A stretch of DNA of 64,000 nucleotides from Rickettsiaceae bacterium (GCA_045106605.1 JBGCEV010000002.1:25996-89995); one strand, 5' to 3'. Counted from the first letter of the stretch, positions 31,528-43,433 are shown. Program-made: numbers and translations. The notes: generated by a model from the sequence alone, not told the origin.

Positions 31528-31833
31528 TTACCAACTAGCCTTAATTACTCCAGGTAGCATACCTTGAGCAGCTAGTTCTCTTAATACATTACGAGAAAGA
31601 CCCATTTTCCTGTGAAAACCTCTTGGCCTACCTGTAATAGCACAGCGATTTCTTACTCTATTTTTAGCCGAATTCCTCGGCAGACTGGCAAGTTTAACTA
31701 CTAGACCAAACCTCTCGTCTAAAGGAGTGTTTTTATCATGAATTTTATCACTTAAAGCTTTTCTCTTTGCCGCAAAAGATTTAGCAATCTTTTTTCTTTT
31801 GTCATTTTTTTGTATAGATCCGATTTTTGCCAT
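31528..31833 (-). CDS. rpsN: 30S ribosomal protein S14 (long form)
   Basis: [42 protein letters not shown]-terminus. Confidence 0.96.
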   Translation of the reverse strand: MAKIGSIQKNDKRKKIAKSFAAKRKALSDKIHDKNTPLDERFGLVVKLASLPRNSAKNRVRNRCAITGRPRGFHRKMGLSRNVLRELAAQGMLPGVIKASW

Positions 31834-31854
31834 ATTTTCTTTTCGTAATAAAAA

Positions 31855-32397
31855 TTAATTATAAAATGGGATATTAAACCCAGTCAATAGTTCTTTAGCT
31901 TCTTCAGCTGTATTAGCAGTAGTCACTATTGTAATATCCATCCCTCTAATCTTATCTATTTTATCATAGTTAATTTCAGGGAACACTATTTGCTCCTTTA
32001 TACCAAACGTGATATTACCGCTACCATCAAAACTCTTAACGGACAATCCCCTAAAGTCTTTCACCCTTGGTAGCGCGACAAGAACTAACCTTTCTAAAAA
32101 TTCGTACATTCTTGCTTTTCTCAGTGTTACTTTACAACCTAATTTCATCCCTTCTCTAAGTTTAAAACCAGCTATTGATTTCTTAGCATATGTAGTATAA
32201 GGTTTCTGGCCAGAAATTGCAGTGAGGTCACCTATAGCACGATTTATTACCTTAGAGTCTGCAACCGCATCTCCAACACCCATGTTGATAACCACTTTTG
32301 ATAATTTTGGCATTTGATGCTTGTTAGCATATTTAAACTTATTCTGCAAATTCTTTACAATATCCTTACTATAAAGCTCTTGAAACTTGAGTAACAT
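31855..32397 (-). CDS. rplE: 50S ribosomal protein L5
   Basis: [15 protein letters not shown] and FRGL...[14 protein letters not shown]. Confidence 0.96.
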   Translation of the reverse strand: MLLKFQELYSKDIVKNLQNKFKYANKHQMPKLSKVVINMGVGDAVADSKVINRAIGDLTAISGQKPYTTYAKKSIAGFKLREGMKLGCKVTLRKARMYEFLERLVLVALPRVKDFRGLSVKSFDGSGNITFGIKEQIVFPEINYDKIDKIRGMDITIVTTANTAEEAKELLTGFNIPFYN

Positions 32398-32726
32398 TAC
32401 TTACCTTCCTTTGAAATTATCTCACCAGATTTTTTAGCAACTCGAACTTTTTTACCATTTTCAAGGATTCTATAACCTATTTTTGTAATTTCATTGGTTT
32501 TAGGATCAACATGACTAACATTAGAAACATGTATTGGCAGCTCCTTATGAACTATACCGCCTTCACTATTTTGAGTTGGCTTGGTATGTTTTTTGGCTAA
32601 ATTTACTCCTGCAACTAACAACTTACTTTCAGCTGGGAAGACTTTGATTACATCACCCACCTTACCTTTGTTTTTACCAGTTACAACCTTTACTTTATCG
32701 CCTTTTTTTATTTTCATCTTATTCAT
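32397..32726 (-). CDS. rplX: 50S ribosomal protein L24
   Basis: KOW motif [20 protein letters not shown]. Confidence 0.95.
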   Translation of the reverse strand: MNKMKIKKGDKVKVVTGKNKGKVGDVIKVFPAESKLLVAGVNLAKKHTKPTQNSEGGIVHKELPIHVSNVSHVDPKTNEITKIGYRILENGKKVRVAKKSGEIISKEGK

Positions 32727-33095
32727 TTAAATCACCTCTTCCGCAAGAGAAATTATCTTCATAAACCCTTTACCCCGAAGCTCTCTAGGAACTGGGCCAA
32801 ATACTCTTGTACCAATAGGCTCATTCTGCTTATTAACTAATACCACCGAGTTAGAGTCGAATTGGATAGTACTACCATCAGGCCTTCTTACCCCTTTCTT
32901 AGTTCTGACAATCAAACCTCTATGAACTTCACCTTTTTTTACTTTACCGCCAGGTGCAGCTGATTTTATTGAAACAACAATTACGTCTCCACATCCAGAG
33001 ATCATACAAGCTGAACCGCCAAGAACCTTAATACACATAACCTTTTTTGCACCCGAGTTATCAGCGACATCAAGGACACTCTGCATCTGGATCAT
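32727..33095 (-). CDS. rplN: 50S ribosomal protein L14
   Basis: [19 protein letters not shown]. Confidence 0.97.
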   Translation of the reverse strand: MIQMQSVLDVADNSGAKKVMCIKVLGGSACMISGCGDVIVVSIKSAAPGGKVKKGEVHRGLIVRTKKGVRRPDGSTIQFDSNSVVLVNKQNEPIGTRVFGPVPRELRGKGFMKIISLAEEVI

Positions 33096-33166
33096 AACTT
33101 AAACTTCCATTTTATACTCATTAAACAAACGACAAAATACAGAAAATTCCCGCAAGAGTCAATAAC

Positions 33167-33397
33167 TTATTCGGCCAATACCACCCAAGACTTAGTCTTA
33201 GATAATGGCCTACACTCCTGAATTTTAACTTTATCACCAACTTTACAGGCATTTTTTTCATCATGCGCTGCATATTTTGTTGAACTACGAACTATCTTTT
33301 TATACAAAGGGTGGCTGTATGTTCTTTCTACCCTTACTGAAATAGTCTTATCACTTGCTGCACTCTCAACAGTGCCTTGTAAAATTCTTTTAGGCAT
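33167..33397 (-). CDS. rpsQ: 30S ribosomal protein S17
   Basis: 76 aa; [18 protein letters not shown] and [11 protein letters not shown]. Confidence 0.95.
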   Translation of the reverse strand: MPKRILQGTVESAASDKTISVRVERTYSHPLYKKIVRSSTKYAAHDEKNACKVGDKVKIQECRPLSKTKSWVVLAE

Positions 33398-33398
33398 C

Positions 33399-33614
33399 CT
33401 ATTTTGATTCCTCGGTCTTTCTTTTTGTTAACTCAGTTTTAACCCTTGCAATGTCTCTTCTAACTCTTAGAAACGTACTAGTGTTTTTAAGTTCTCCTAA
33501 GGTTTTTTGAAATCTTAAATTAAAAAGTTCCTTCTTCAATAGTACAACTTTTTCCTTTAACTTGGCAACACTTAAACCAGAAACTTCCTCTGACTTGATT
33601 TTTATCTTACTCAT
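33399..33614 (-). CDS. rpmC: 50S ribosomal protein L29
   Basis: 71 aa; [20 protein letters not shown]. Confidence 0.93.
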   Translation of the reverse strand: MSKIKIKSEEVSGLSVAKLKEKVVLLKKELFNLRFQKTLGELKNTSTFLRVRRDIARVKTELTKRKTEESK

Positions 33615-34017
33615 ATCTTTGTACTATTTTTGTTCTTACTGGTAACTTAGCCGAGGCTAGTTCTAATGCGACTCTAGCAATCGCTTCATCAACACCGTCA
33701 ATCTCAAACATAATTCTGCCAGGAGAAACTCTGACGGCAAAATATTCTGGCGCACCTTTTCCTTTACCCATACGCACTTCATTAGGCTTTTTAGAAACCG
33801 GCAAATCTGGGAAAATCCTGATAAAAAACTTACCTTGTCTTTTCATATGTCTAACTGCAGCACGTCGCGCCGCCTCTATTTGTCTTGCTGTTACACGCAA
33901 ACCATCCATTGACTTTAAGCCAAACATACCAGAATTCAACATAGTACCGCTTTTTGCTTTTGCAGCTACTCTGCCCTTATGAGCCTTTCTAAATTTTTGC
34001 TTTTTTGGAGCTAGCAT
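33607..34017 (-). CDS. rplP: 50S ribosomal protein L16
   Basis: [28 protein letters not shown]. Confidence 0.97.
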   Translation of the reverse strand: MLAPKKQKFRKAHKGRVAAKAKSGTMLNSGMFGLKSMDGLRVTARQIEAARRAAVRHMKRQGKFFIRIFPDLPVSKKPNEVRMGKGKGAPEYFAVRVSPGRIMFEIDGVDEAIARVALELASAKLPVRTKIVQRYE

Positions 34018-34049
34018 CGTTAATCTTCCAACCTAAATTTATATTATAA

Positions 34050-34694
34050 CTATCTTCTTGCCTGCTTATTGTAATCACCTTTGTATACCCAAACTTTTAC
34101 GCCGATAATACCATAGGTAGTCAAAGCTTCCGATGTACCGTAATCAATATCAGCTCTCAGCGTATGCAGAGGAACTCTGCCCTCTCTATACCATTCAGTT
34201 CTAGCTATTTCTGCTCCGCCTAAACGACCAGAACAAGCCACTTTAATACCTTTACCACCCTGTTTAAAACAATTCTGGATAGCTGTTTTCATCGCCTTCC
34301 TGAAGGAAATACGATTCTCAAGCTGTTGGGCAATGGATTGAGATATAATATGAGCATCTATACCAGATTTCTTTACCTCGTGAATATTAATAAATACTTC
34401 GCCTTTAGTAATTTTCTGTACTTTGCTTTTTAATTTTTCAATATCCGAGCCACTTTTACCAATGATAATTCCTGGCTTCTTGGCATATATATTAACAACA
34501 AAACCATTACTTGGTCTCTGAATTAACACTCTGCTTACTTGAGCTAATTTATATTCTTTCATGATCAACGCCCTGACCTTCAAATCCTGAAGCAGTTTTT
34601 CTGCATAATCTTTTTTTGCATATAGCACAGACTCCCATCCTTTGAATAATGTCGGCCCTACTCTAAAACCATGAGGATTTACTTTTTGTCCCAT
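34050..34694 (-). CDS. rpsC: 30S ribosomal protein S3
   Basis: [15 protein letters not shown] domain; [10 protein letters not shown]. Confidence 0.97.
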   Translation of the reverse strand: MGQKVNPHGFRVGPTLFKGWESVLYAKKDYAEKLLQDLKVRALIMKEYKLAQVSRVLIQRPSNGFVVNIYAKKPGIIIGKSGSDIEKLKSKVQKITKGEVFINIHEVKKSGIDAHIISQSIAQQLENRISFRKAMKTAIQNCFKQGGKGIKVACSGRLGGAEIARTEWYREGRVPLHTLRADIDYGTSEALTTYGIIGVKVWVYKGDYNKQARR

Positions 34695-34695
34695 A

Positions 34696-35046
34696 CTATT
34701 TCTCCTCTTTTTCAGAAACTGTTATGTATAAATTACTAAATGGTTTAGTAATTTTTGCACCTCTACCCCTTGCCCGAGCTCTAAATCTCTTCATAACTAT
34801 CGATTTACCTACAGTAGCTGAACTGACTACTAAATTATCGATATCCATGCCTAAATTATTTTCCGCATTAGCAACCGCAGACTGTAAACACTTCTTTACG
34901 TCATAGGCTATCCGTTTTGGAGAAAAAGTCAACTGCACCAATGCATCAGATACTTTCATATTTCTAATTACAGAAGCTACTAAATTCAATTTTTGAGCAC
35001 TTGTTCTCAAACGTATAATTGAAGCTTTTGCCGATAAGTTATCCAT
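34696..35046 (-). CDS. rplV: 50S ribosomal protein L22
   Basis: 116 aa with an L22-type sequence, between rpsS and rpsC. Confidence 0.94.
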   Translation of the reverse strand: MDNLSAKASIIRLRTSAQKLNLVASVIRNMKVSDALVQLTFSPKRIAYDVKKCLQSAVANAENNLGMDIDNLVVSSATVGKSIVMKRFRARARGRGAKITKPFSNLYITVSEKEEK

Positions 35047-35058
35047 TATATCCTGCCT

Positions 35059-35337
35059 CTATTTTCTTTTTGCTTTTTTATCCGCACCATGACCATAGAA
35101 GGTGCGAGTTGGAGCAAAAGCACCTAGCTTCTGACCGACCATTTCTTCTGTTACAGCAACTGGTATAAATTTATGACCGTTATGCACTGCAAACGTATAA
35201 CCAACAAACATTGGTAAAATTGTTGACCTTCTAGACCAGGTTTTTATAATTTCTTTACTACCTGATTCCATCGACTTTTGTACTTTTTTTATTAAGTAAC
35301 CGTCAACGAAAGGTCCTTTCCATACTGAACGAGCCAT
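35059..35337 (-). CDS. rpsS: 30S ribosomal protein S19
   Basis: [21 protein letters not shown]. Confidence 0.97.
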   Translation of the reverse strand: MARSVWKGPFVDGYLIKKVQKSMESGSKEIIKTWSRRSTILPMFVGYTFAVHNGHKFIPVAVTEEMVGQKLGAFAPTRTFYGHGADKKAKRK

Positions 35338-35351
35338 ATTTATCTACCTAA

Positions 35352-36176
35352 TTATTTTGTTCTTCTTTTCAATATAAATTTAGACGTAAGTTTATTTTTA
35401 CGTGTTTTCTTTCCTTTAGTCGGTTTACCCCAAGGAGTAACTGGATGACGACCACCAGAAGTTTTACCTTCACCGCCACCATGTGGGTGATCTACAGGGT
35501 TCATAGCAACACCCCTAACTGTAGGGCGCCTTCCTAACCATCTACTTCTACCAGCTTTACCAACTATAGTATTCTTTTTATCCGCATTAGACACCGATCC
35601 AATTGTTGCTACACAATCTAACGGCACAACTCTCAGTTCACCAGAGGCCAATTTTATTTGAGCGTAACCAGAGTCCTTACCAATAAGATTAACTGCAGCA
35701 CCTGCAGATCTAGCAATTTGACCGCCCTTGCCCACTTTCATTTCAACATTATGTATTGTAGTACCAACTGGTATATTTTTCAACGGTAAACAATTGCCTA
35801 CTTTAATATCTGAACTAGCACCAGAGACTACTTTATCTCCTTCCTTCAATTTATCAGGTGCAAGAATATAAGCTAATTCTCCATCTTCATATTTAAGCAA
35901 CGCTATATAAGCTGTTCTATTTGGATCATACTCAATCCTCTCAACTATCGCCTCAATATCAAATTTATTTCTTTTAAAATCTATTAATCTATATAGTTTT
36001 TTATGACCACCACCTATATGACGCGACGTAATTCTTCCTAAATTATTTCTACCACCTGTTTTTTTTAACCCTTTGGTTAATTGTTTTACAGGCTTCCCTT
36101 TCCACAACTCACTCTTATCAACTCTTACTAAACCCCTTTGCGATGGTGTGGTAGGATTATATTTTTTTAAGGCCAT
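35352..36176 (-). CDS. rplB: 50S ribosomal protein L2
   Basis: GRNNLGRIT and [25 protein letters not shown]. Confidence 0.97.
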   Translation of the reverse strand: MALKKYNPTTPSQRGLVRVDKSELWKGKPVKQLTKGLKKTGGRNNLGRITSRHIGGGHKKLYRLIDFKRNKFDIEAIVERIEYDPNRTAYIALLKYEDGELAYILAPDKLKEGDKVVSGASSDIKVGNCLPLKNIPVGTTIHNVEMKVGKGGQIARSAGAAVNLIGKDSGYAQIKLASGELRVVPLDCVATIGSVSNADKKNTIVGKAGRSRWLGRRPTVRGVAMNPVDHPHGGGEGKTSGGRHPVTPWGKPTKGKKTRKNKLTSKFILKRRTK

Positions 36177-36469
36177 TATTTAATACCTCCAGCTAAATCT
36201 ATAGTATGATCCGTTTCTAAAGTCACTATTGCCTTCTTAACATCAGATCTACGACCAATGATACCTTTGAATCTTTTCACTTTACCCTTTTGATTCAAAA
36301 TATTTACTGATTTTACTTTTACATCAAATATTTCTTCTATCGCTTTTTTGATAGAGCCTTTATTAGCAGCAGGAGCAACTTCGACTACGTGCTTATTCTG
36401 CTCACCAAGAATTGTTGACTTTTCAGTGATCAAAGGCTTCCTGATCAAATCATATTTCACTTTTATCAT
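36176..36469 (-). CDS. rplW: 50S ribosomal protein L23
   Basis: 97 aa; PLITEKST; order between rplD and rplB. Confidence 0.94.
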   Translation of the reverse strand: MIKVKYDLIRKPLITEKSTILGEQNKHVVEVAPAANKGSIKKAIEEIFDVKVKSVNILNQKGKVKRFKGIIGRRSDVKKAIVTLETDHTIDLAGGIK

Positions 36470-37089
36470 TATAGTAACCTCTCTTCAAGCAATGGTAAAG
36501 CATCCTTAGATATCAGGACATGATCGCTCTTGATTATATCATACACATTGGCTCCAACAGATGGCACTACGCAAGCATGAATTATGGAAGAAATAGAAAG
36601 TTTAAAGTTGGCATCTACTTCATTACCACCAATAACAAAAAACTTACCTTCTCCAAATTTACTCAAGTTTTTAATCAAATCTGAAGTCTTTGGTTGATTC
36701 ATAGCAATCGAATCAACAAAGTATATAGACCCTTCAGCTAATTTAACTGATAGAGCGTGTTTTAAACCAAGCTTGCGCACCTTCTTTTGCAATTTTATGT
36801 CATGCGACCTTACCTGCGGGCCATGGGCTATACCACCACCTCGGCGCTGGATACCTCTAATATTACCCTGCCTTGCATTACCAGTACCCTTTTGTTTAAA
36901 AGGCTTCTTATTAGAACCAGATACTTCACCAACCGTCTTGACTGAATGCGTACCACTCCTAGCCTTCGCTCTTTGCCAATCAATCACTCTCTTGACAATA
37001 TCCTCTCTTGCTTCTAGTCCAAAAACACTCTCAGCAAGAGACACTTCTCCAACTTCCTTATTTTCAAGACTTACTAGTTTAGCTTTCAT
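36469..37089 (-). CDS. rplD: 50S ribosomal protein L4
   Basis: 206 aa; KPFKQKGTGNARQG. Confidence 0.95.
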   Translation of the reverse strand: MKAKLVSLENKEVGEVSLAESVFGLEAREDIVKRVIDWQRAKARSGTHSVKTVGEVSGSNKKPFKQKGTGNARQGNIRGIQRRGGGIAHGPQVRSHDIKLQKKVRKLGLKHALSVKLAEGSIYFVDSIAMNQPKTSDLIKNLSKFGEGKFFVIGGNEVDANFKLSISSIIHACVVPSVGANVYDIIKSDHVLISKDALPLLEERLL

Positions 37090-37122
37090 AATTTTTACCC
37101 AATATTCTCACAATAAATAATG

Positions 37123-37767
37123 CTATACCGTGACCGACTTTTTTACTGCATCCTTAATTAATACATACTTGCCCTTTGATCCAGGCACATTACCAGACAC
37201 AATAATTATTCCTTTATCATCATCTGTTTCTACAATTCGTAAATTTTGAATAGTAACCTTTTCATCACCAAGATGACCAGCCATTTTCTTACCCTTGAAA
37301 ACCTTACCGGGATCCTGACATTGACCTGTGGAACCATGCGACCTGTGCGAGATAGATACACCATGCGAGGCCTCTAGACCGCGGAAATTATGCCTTTTCA
37401 TTACACCGGCAAAACCTTTACCGATAGACTGACCAGATACATCAACGAATTGACCACTCTTAAAATGACTTGCTTTCATCTCCATGCCAATATTCAGCAT
37501 ATTCTCCTCAGAGACTCTAAATTCTTTCAACAAGGCCCGTGGCTCTATTTTTGCATTAGCAAAAACTGTCTTCATCGGTTTAGATACTTTTGAAATTTTT
37601 TGTTTTTTTGATCCTAAAACAACAGCGTGATAACCATCCCTTGCTTCTGTTTTATGACCGACTACCTGGCAATCTTCCAGTTGTAAGAAAGTAAGAGTCA
37701 ATCTTTTACCTTCCTCGGTAAACATAGAACTCATACCAATTTTTTTTGCAATTAAACCCGTTCTCAT
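37123..37767 (-). CDS. rplC: 50S ribosomal protein L3
   Basis: [29 protein letters not shown]. Confidence 0.96.
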   Translation of the reverse strand: MRTGLIAKKIGMSSMFTEEGKRLTLTFLQLEDCQVVGHKTEARDGYHAVVLGSKKQKISKVSKPMKTVFANAKIEPRALLKEFRVSEENMLNIGMEMKASHFKSGQFVDVSGQSIGKGFAGVMKRHNFRGLEASHGVSISHRSHGSTGQCQDPGKVFKGKKMAGHLGDEKVTIQNLRIVETDDDKGIIIVSGNVPGSKGKYVLIKDAVKKSVTV

Positions 37768-37769
37768 CT

Positions 37770-38093
37770 TTAAGCACCCACTAATTTAATTTCAACATCA
37801 ACACCAGCCGGCAAATCAACCTTTCTTAAAGCTTCAACAGTTTGCGGAGTAGGATAATTAATAATCACCAATCTTTTTTGAGTTCTGATTTCAAATTGCT
37901 CGCGTGATTTTTTATCAACGTGCGGCCCTCTGATAACAGTAAATCTTTCAATATGCCTTGGCAACGGAATCGGACCACTTACGTCAGCTCCTGTGCGCTT
38001 AACCGCGCTAACTATTTCTCCAGTCGCATGCTCTAAAGACCGATGATCAAAAGATTTTAGCTTGATTTTTATTCTTTGATTATTCATTATCAA
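37770..38093 (-). CDS. rpsJ: 30S ribosomal protein S10
   Basis: [16 protein letters not shown]. The true start is probably the third codon (MNNQ). Confidence 0.96.
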   Translation of the reverse strand: MIMNNQRIKIKLKSFDHRSLEHATGEIVSAVKRTGADVSGPIPLPRHIERFTVIRGPHVDKKSREQFEIRTQKRLVIINYPTPQTVEALRKVDLPAGVDVEIKLVGA

Positions 38094-38150
38094 CCTATAT
38101 ATTTAAAACAGCCTAGGTACGCCTAATTACATACCCACTCTAAACTAAAG

Positions 38151-38174
38151 TTTGACAGGGACAAGCCCCGTCAA
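38151..38174 (-). terminator. GC-rich hairpin between tuf and rpsJ (weak terminator/attenuator candidate)
   Basis: tttgacaggg-acaag-ccccgtcaaa is a stem of about 10 bp with one mismatch. On the transcribed (minus) strand only a short, interrupted T stretch follows. Confidence 0.3.
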
Positions 38175-38184
38175 ACCCAAAACT

Positions 38185-39363
38185 TTACTTAATTATTTTT
38201 GATACCACTCCAGCACCTACAGTTCTACCACCTTCTCTGATCGCAAAACGCAAACCTTCATCCATAGCTACAGGAGAAATCATTTTCACAATAATACTAG
38301 TATTATCACCTGGCATAACCATCTCCTTACCCGCTGGCAACTCAATCTCACCAGTTACATCAGTTGTTCTAAAATAGAACTGAGGACGATAATTTTTAAA
38401 GAAAGGAGTATGTCTACCACCTTCTTCTTTTTTCAACACATAAATTTCTGCTTCGAATTCAGTATGCGGAGTAATAGAACCTGGCTTAGCTAGCACTTGA
38501 CCTCTGACCACATCTTCTCTTTTAGTACCACGCAAAAGCACACCAACATTGTCACCAGCCTCACCTGAATCAAGTAATTTCTTGAACATTTCAACACCAG
38601 TACATGTAGTTTTTACCGTATCTTTGATACCAACTATTTCTATTTCTTCACCAACCTTAACTACACCTTGCTCAATTCTACCAGTCACAACAGTACCACG
38701 GCCAGAAATTGAGAACACATCCTCAATCGGCATCAAGAATGGCTTATCAAGATCACGAGTTGGCTGAGGTATATACTCATCAACAGCTGTCATTAGCTCA
38801 TCGATACACTTAGTGTCACCACCTTCCAAAACTTTAAGAGCTGAACCTTTAATAACAGGGATATCGTCACCAGGGAAATCATAAGCTGAAAGCAATTCTC
38901 TTACTTCCATCTCTACTAAATCTAGCAATTCTGGATCATCTACTTGATCTACTTTATTTAAAAACACTACTATTGCTGGCACACCAACCTGACGTGCAAG
39001 CAAAATATGCTCTCTTGTTTGTGGCATTGGACCATCAGCTGCTGACACAACTAAAATAGCTCCATCCATCTGCGCCGCACCAGTAATCATGTTTTTTACA
39101 TAGTCAGCATGCCCGGGGCAATCAACGTGAGCATAGTGTCTACCATCCGTTTCGTATTCAACATGGGCAGTAGAAATTGTTATACCTCTTTCTTTCTCCT
39201 CAGGAGCACCATCGATTTCATCGTACTTTCTTGCTTTGGCCTGACCTTTTTTTGCTAGCACACTAGTAATTGCCGCAGTAAGCGAGGTTTTACCATGATC
39301 AACGTGACCAATAGTACCAATGTTGCAATGCGGCTTATTCCGCTCAAACTTTTCTTTTGCCAT
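38185..39363 (-). CDS. tuf: Elongation factor Tu
   Basis: [16 protein letters not shown] and NKVD GTPase motifs. 392 aa. Confidence 0.98.
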   Translation of the reverse strand: MAKEKFERNKPHCNIGTIGHVDHGKTSLTAAITSVLAKKGQAKARKYDEIDGAPEEKERGITISTAHVEYETDGRHYAHVDCPGHADYVKNMITGAAQMDGAILVVSAADGPMPQTREHILLARQVGVPAIVVFLNKVDQVDDPELLDLVEMEVRELLSAYDFPGDDIPVIKGSALKVLEGGDTKCIDELMTAVDEYIPQPTRDLDKPFLMPIEDVFSISGRGTVVTGRIEQGVVKVGEEIEIVGIKDTVKTTCTGVEMFKKLLDSGEAGDNVGVLLRGTKREDVVRGQVLAKPGSITPHTEFEAEIYVLKKEEGGRHTPFFKNYRPQFYFRTTDVTGEIELPAGKEMVMPGDNTSIIVKMISPVAMDEGLRFAIREGGRTVGAGVVSKIIK

Positions 39364-39448
39364 AAACTCTATCTCCTAACCAATATAAAATTATCAACGA
39401 TTAATAAAAAAAAACACTCTCATCATTTCACCACAAATACAAACTCAA

Positions 39449-39522
39449 TGGAGCGGATGATGGGAATCGAACCCACACTACCAGCTTGGAAGGCTGGGGC
39501 TCTACCGTTGAGCTACACCCGC
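39449..39522 (-). tRNA. tRNA-Gly (anticodon UCC)
   Basis: The reverse complement folds as a cloverleaf: acceptor gcgggtg/catccgc, anticodon stem ccagc/gctgg with loop cttccaa, T-arm gtggg-ttcgatt-cccat. CCA is encoded. 74 nt. Confidence 0.93.
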
Positions 39523-39548
39523 AAATGCCCAAAACCACCTATCCAAGG

Positions 39549-39634
39549 TGGTGGAGGGAGAAGGATTCGAACCTTCGAACGCATACGCGGGCAGATTTAC
39601 AGTCTGCTGCCATTGACCACTCGGCCACCCCTCC
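39549..39634 (-). tRNA. tRNA-Tyr (anticodon GUA)
   Basis: Reverse complement: acceptor ggagggg/tccctcc, anticodon stem gcaga/tctgc with loop ctgtaaa, long variable arm, T-arm gaagg-ttcgaat-ccttc. CCA is encoded. 86 nt. Confidence 0.93.
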
Positions 39635-39822
39635 TTGTCCTTTAGACTTAAAGCAAAATAGACCATTTAACTAACAAACGCAAGTAGTAATTAACACTAA
39701 ACCTTACTATATTAAAATATCCATATCTACTGGGGCAACAACTATAATGTTATCTGTTGTATTTTTGTATAATAAATAGTATTTTCTGTCAAGAACATTT
39801 TATGAATCAAGCAGCATGATAG

Positions 39823-40563
39823 ATGAATTTAAAACACAAGGTAAGTAACCACGTAAAAGCTCAATACTACATATTTGGTACTCATGCAGTTATCGCAGCA
39901 GCTAACAACCCGAGGCGCAAAGTTATTAACATATTTTGCTTATCAAAACAGCTCCACACCCTCAAATCATTTATTAAAAACTATGAATTAATAGTAGTAG
40001 ATGCAAATTTTATTATTAATAATATAGGTCAAGATAAAATTCACCAGGGTGTTATAGCGTTAGTAGATACAGTATTTAAGAATGGTATTAACGAGTTAGA
40101 CTTTACTCCAAGTAGAGACAGAGTAGCAATACTTGATCAAATCGTAGACCCACAAAACGTAGGAGCTATTATCAGAAGTGCTGCCGCTTTTGGCTTTAAT
40201 AAAATAATAGTTGCAAAAGATAATGCACCAGACGAAAATTCCACTATTGCCAAAGCCGCCTGTGGATGCCTAGAATTAGTACAAATTACAAAGGTAGTTA
40301 ATATTAACAAAACAATTCTTGATCTTAAAAATAGAGGATTTTGGATTGTAGGTCTTGATACCAATGGGCAAGAAAATCTAGAACCAGTTAAAGATATAGA
40401 AAAAATTGCTGTAATCATCGGCTCAGAACACAAAGGTATGCGTCAATTAACTCGCCAATCTTGCGATTTTTTAATAAAGATACCTATCTCACATCAAGTA
40501 GAAAGCTTAAATGCCTCAAATGCGGCGAGTATTATTTTCCATTCCTTACATAACCTCAACTAA
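39823..40563 (+). CDS. SpoU/TrmH-family RNA 2'-O-methyltransferase (RlmB-like)
   Basis: IVDPQNVGAIIRSAAAFG, VIIGSEHKGM and ESLNASNAASI motifs. Confidence 0.85.
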   Translation: MNLKHKVSNHVKAQYYIFGTHAVIAAANNPRRKVINIFCLSKQLHTLKSFIKNYELIVVDANFIINNIGQDKIHQGVIALVDTVFKNGINELDFTPSRDRVAILDQIVDPQNVGAIIRSAAAFGFNKIIVAKDNAPDENSTIAKAACGCLELVQITKVVNINKTILDLKNRGFWIVGLDTNGQENLEPVKDIEKIAVIIGSEHKGMRQLTRQSCDFLIKIPISHQVESLNASNAASIIFHSLHNLN

Positions 40564-40580
40564 GCTAAAATAATTAGTCG

Positions 40581-43244
40581 TTAAATAATAATTGCCGCAA
40601 CTACTTCTTTAGTTTTTTGCTCTAGATTATCTAATTGTTTAACGTCATTACCTCCAGCTTGAGCAAGTGTAGCTTGCCCTCCTCCACTACCACCAATAAA
40701 TTTAGCAAGCGTCTGGGCTATGTTGCCAGCATGATATTTATCTGATATTAGTTTAGACGCAGCAACACATATAGATAATTTCTCGTTGGCTTGATAAGCA
40801 ATTACCAATACTAAATCGTCATGTTTTTTAGCTATCCTTTCTAATGATAGTCGAACAACTTTTGGATTAAAATCACCTGCAATTTGTTTGTATACTAAGC
40901 GAGCTGCGTTGATTTTTGGCGCGGCATCTATAATAGATTCAGTTAACGAAATTAGCTTATCGATCTGCCATTGCTCAATTTTCTTTTCTAAATTTTTATT
41001 CGACAAAAGAAGATGATCTATTTTAGGTAATAACTCTAATTTAGTACTTTTGAATTTAAATAAGATTTGTTCAAGCAATTCATCATTTTCGTTAATCTGC
41101 TGTAAGGCGAACTTGCCACAGACCGCTTCTATTCTTCTAATACCAGCCGCAATGGCACTTTCACTAACAATTCTAAATACACCGATTTCCCCTGTTCTCT
41201 TGACATGAGTGCCACCACATAACTCAAAGGAATAAGGTTTATTATTTACTACTGCTTCACCAAAAGAGACTACCCTTACTTCATCATCATACTTTTCACC
41301 AAATAAAGCCATGGCACCAGAAGCTACAGCCTGGTCAAACGGCATGAGATCCGTACATACTTTAAAATTATCGATAATAATTTGATTCACCTTATTTTCC
41401 ACTGCTCTGATTTCTGACTTAGTTAAAGCGGTAGGCTGACTAATGTCAAAACGCAATTTATCATTAGCAACCAAAGAACCTTTTTGAGTAACATGCTTAC
41501 CCAATAAATCTTGCAATACTGAATGTAAAATATGTGTGGCTGTATGGTGAATTTTCAAATGCTGGCGATACGATGAATCAATAGATAATTTGATTTCATC
41601 TCCTACCTTGATAGACCCCTCTTTCAACTCGCATACATGTCCTATTATCTGCCCCAAGAATTTTAGGGTGTTGACTACTTGAATTGTACAGTTTGCAGAA
41701 CTAATTGTACCAATATCCCCCATTTGACCACCCGATTCACCATAAAAAGGAGTTTGATTAGTAATCATAGTAAATTGACCACCTTTTGCATTCCAATTGG
41801 TGAATTTTTTACCGTTTTGAATTAATGCCTGTACGCATCCTTCTGCTTGATCTAGAACATAACCTAGGAACTCAGTCGCCCCAAACTCAGATAAATGGTC
41901 AAACCAAATAGCATCTGTTTTCAACTCTCCAGAACCGGTCCACGCCTTGCGCGCCCTTTCTTTTTGCAGGTTCATTTGCTGTTGAAAGCCTTGCGAATCA
42001 ACTGTAACATTTCGCTTTTTTAAAATATCTTCGGTTAAATCTATTGGAAACCCATAGGTATCATATAATTTAAACGCTACTGCTCCAGGTAAAATCCCTC
42101 CTTTATCAATTAACTGAGACTCTTCTTGCAGCAATTTCAACCCTCTGTCTAAGGTGAGTTGAAACCTTTCTTCTTCTTGCTTAAGAATACTTGCGACAAA
42201 CTCCTTGGTCCTTACTAGCTCTCGATAAGTATCACCAAATAAATCTATTAATTTTGGCAATAATTTATACATTATAGGCTCTTTAGCTCCGAGCTGATGA
42301 ATATGACGCATGGCCCTACGCATAATGCGTCTTAATACATATCCCCTGCCTTCATTAGCAGGCATAACACCATCAGCAATTAGAAATGCACTTGATCTCA
42401 AATGATCAGCGATAATTCGATACGAAAACAAAGCTTCGCCCTTTGCTGCTACTTTTAGAATTGATTCACTATAATGAATAATTTCTTGAAACAGATCTAT
42501 GTCATAATTATCGTGGACTCCTTGTATTACTGCCGATATTCTCTCCAGCCCCATGCCGGTATCAACTGATTGTTTTGGTAGTTTAATACGGTTATTCTTA
42601 TCTATTTGTTCATATTGCATAAACACTAGATTCCAGATCTCGATAAAACGATCACCGTCCTGCTCTGGCGTCCCTGGTAATCCCCCGGCTATATGTTCAC
42701 CATGGTCATAAAATATCTCGGTAGAAGGACCACAAGGACCAGTATCCCCCATAGACCAGAAATTATCGCTGTTATTAATTCTGATGATGCGGCTATCATT
42801 TAAACCCGCTATTTTTTTCCAATAAGATACGGCCTCTTCATCGTTATGATAAACAGTGACGTATAGTTTTTCTATCGGCAAGCCAAAATCTTTGGTTAAC
42901 AAGTTCCAAGCATAATATATCGCTTCTTCTTTAAAATAATCACCAAACGAGAAATTTCCTAGCATTTCAAAGAAAGTATGATGCCTAGCAGTATATCCAA
43001 CATTATCTAGGTCGTTGTGTTTACCCCCAGCACGCACTGCTTTTTGACAACTTGTCGCCCTAGTATAATCCCTCTGCTCAACACCGGTGAACACATCTTT
43101 AAATTGCACCATGCCTGAATTAACAAACATTAGACTAGGGTCATTATGAGGGATCAATGAACTAGACTGCACATGTTGATGCCCTGTGTTTTTAAAAAAG
43201 TCAATAAATGTATTTCTTACTTGTTTTGTTGTGAGTTTAATCAT
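40581..43244 (-). CDS. alaS: Alanine--tRNA ligase
   Basis: 887 aa. Class II core (FFKNTGHQHVQSSSLIP; FEMLGNFSFGDYFK), editing-domain zinc motif HTATHIL...CGGTH, and C-terminal GGSGGGQATLAQAGG. Confidence 0.97.
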   Translation of the reverse strand: MIKLTTKQVRNTFIDFFKNTGHQHVQSSSLIPHNDPSLMFVNSGMVQFKDVFTGVEQRDYTRATSCQKAVRAGGKHNDLDNVGYTARHHTFFEMLGNFSFGDYFKEEAIYYAWNLLTKDFGLPIEKLYVTVYHNDEEAVSYWKKIAGLNDSRIIRINNSDNFWSMGDTGPCGPSTEIFYDHGEHIAGGLPGTPEQDGDRFIEIWNLVFMQYEQIDKNNRIKLPKQSVDTGMGLERISAVIQGVHDNYDIDLFQEIIHYSESILKVAAKGEALFSYRIIADHLRSSAFLIADGVMPANEGRGYVLRRIMRRAMRHIHQLGAKEPIMYKLLPKLIDLFGDTYRELVRTKEFVASILKQEEERFQLTLDRGLKLLQEESQLIDKGGILPGAVAFKLYDTYGFPIDLTEDILKKRNVTVDSQGFQQQMNLQKERARKAWTGSGELKTDAIWFDHLSEFGATEFLGYVLDQAEGCVQALIQNGKKFTNWNAKGGQFTMITNQTPFYGESGGQMGDIGTISSANCTIQVVNTLKFLGQIIGHVCELKEGSIKVGDEIKLSIDSSYRQHLKIHHTATHILHSVLQDLLGKHVTQKGSLVANDKLRFDISQPTALTKSEIRAVENKVNQIIIDNFKVCTDLMPFDQAVASGAMALFGEKYDDEVRVVSFGEAVVNNKPYSFELCGGTHVKRTGEIGVFRIVSESAIAAGIRRIEAVCGKFALQQINENDELLEQILFKFKSTKLELLPKIDHLLLSNKNLEKKIEQWQIDKLISLTESIIDAAPKINAARLVYKQIAGDFNPKVVRLSLERIAKKHDDLVLVIAYQANEKLSICVAASKLISDKYHAGNIAQTLAKFIGGSGGGQATLAQAGGNDVKQLDNLEQKTKEVVAAIII

Positions 43245-43433
43245 TTTGCTGCTAAGATGTTTTTTTTGGCGCCTAATGGCGGTAATACTAGTGACTTTAT
43301 TGCTAAATTACAACGTTAATTTAACAAGATCCTTCTTAATACTGTAGTATTGTTGAGTTGACCTTAATTGAGCTTTAGAGTTGATAGTGGATATTTGTTG
43401 TAGAAATTACTTAATTTGAATAACATATAATTT

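Noticed and set aside
38151-38174. The hairpin motif acaagccccgt shares its loop and stem with the IS200 end hairpin (caagccccgtgg), suggesting another IS end between tuf and rpsJ.
   Set aside because: The similarity is limited to about 11 nt with no flanking element homology. It is treated as coincidence or an ordinary spacer hairpin.
24684-39363. Numerous plus-strand ORFs of 60-115 aa inside the ribosomal/tuf block (for example 25666-26004, 29704-30048, 30877-31137, 36773-37120, 38549-38767).
   Set aside because: All lie antisense within highly conserved ribosomal protein, rpoA or tuf genes. They are typical shadow ORFs.
39295-39674. ORFs 39295-39645 and 39486-39674 (+).
   Set aside because: They run across the antisense of tuf and the two tRNA genes. 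The tRNA cloverleaves explain the sequence.
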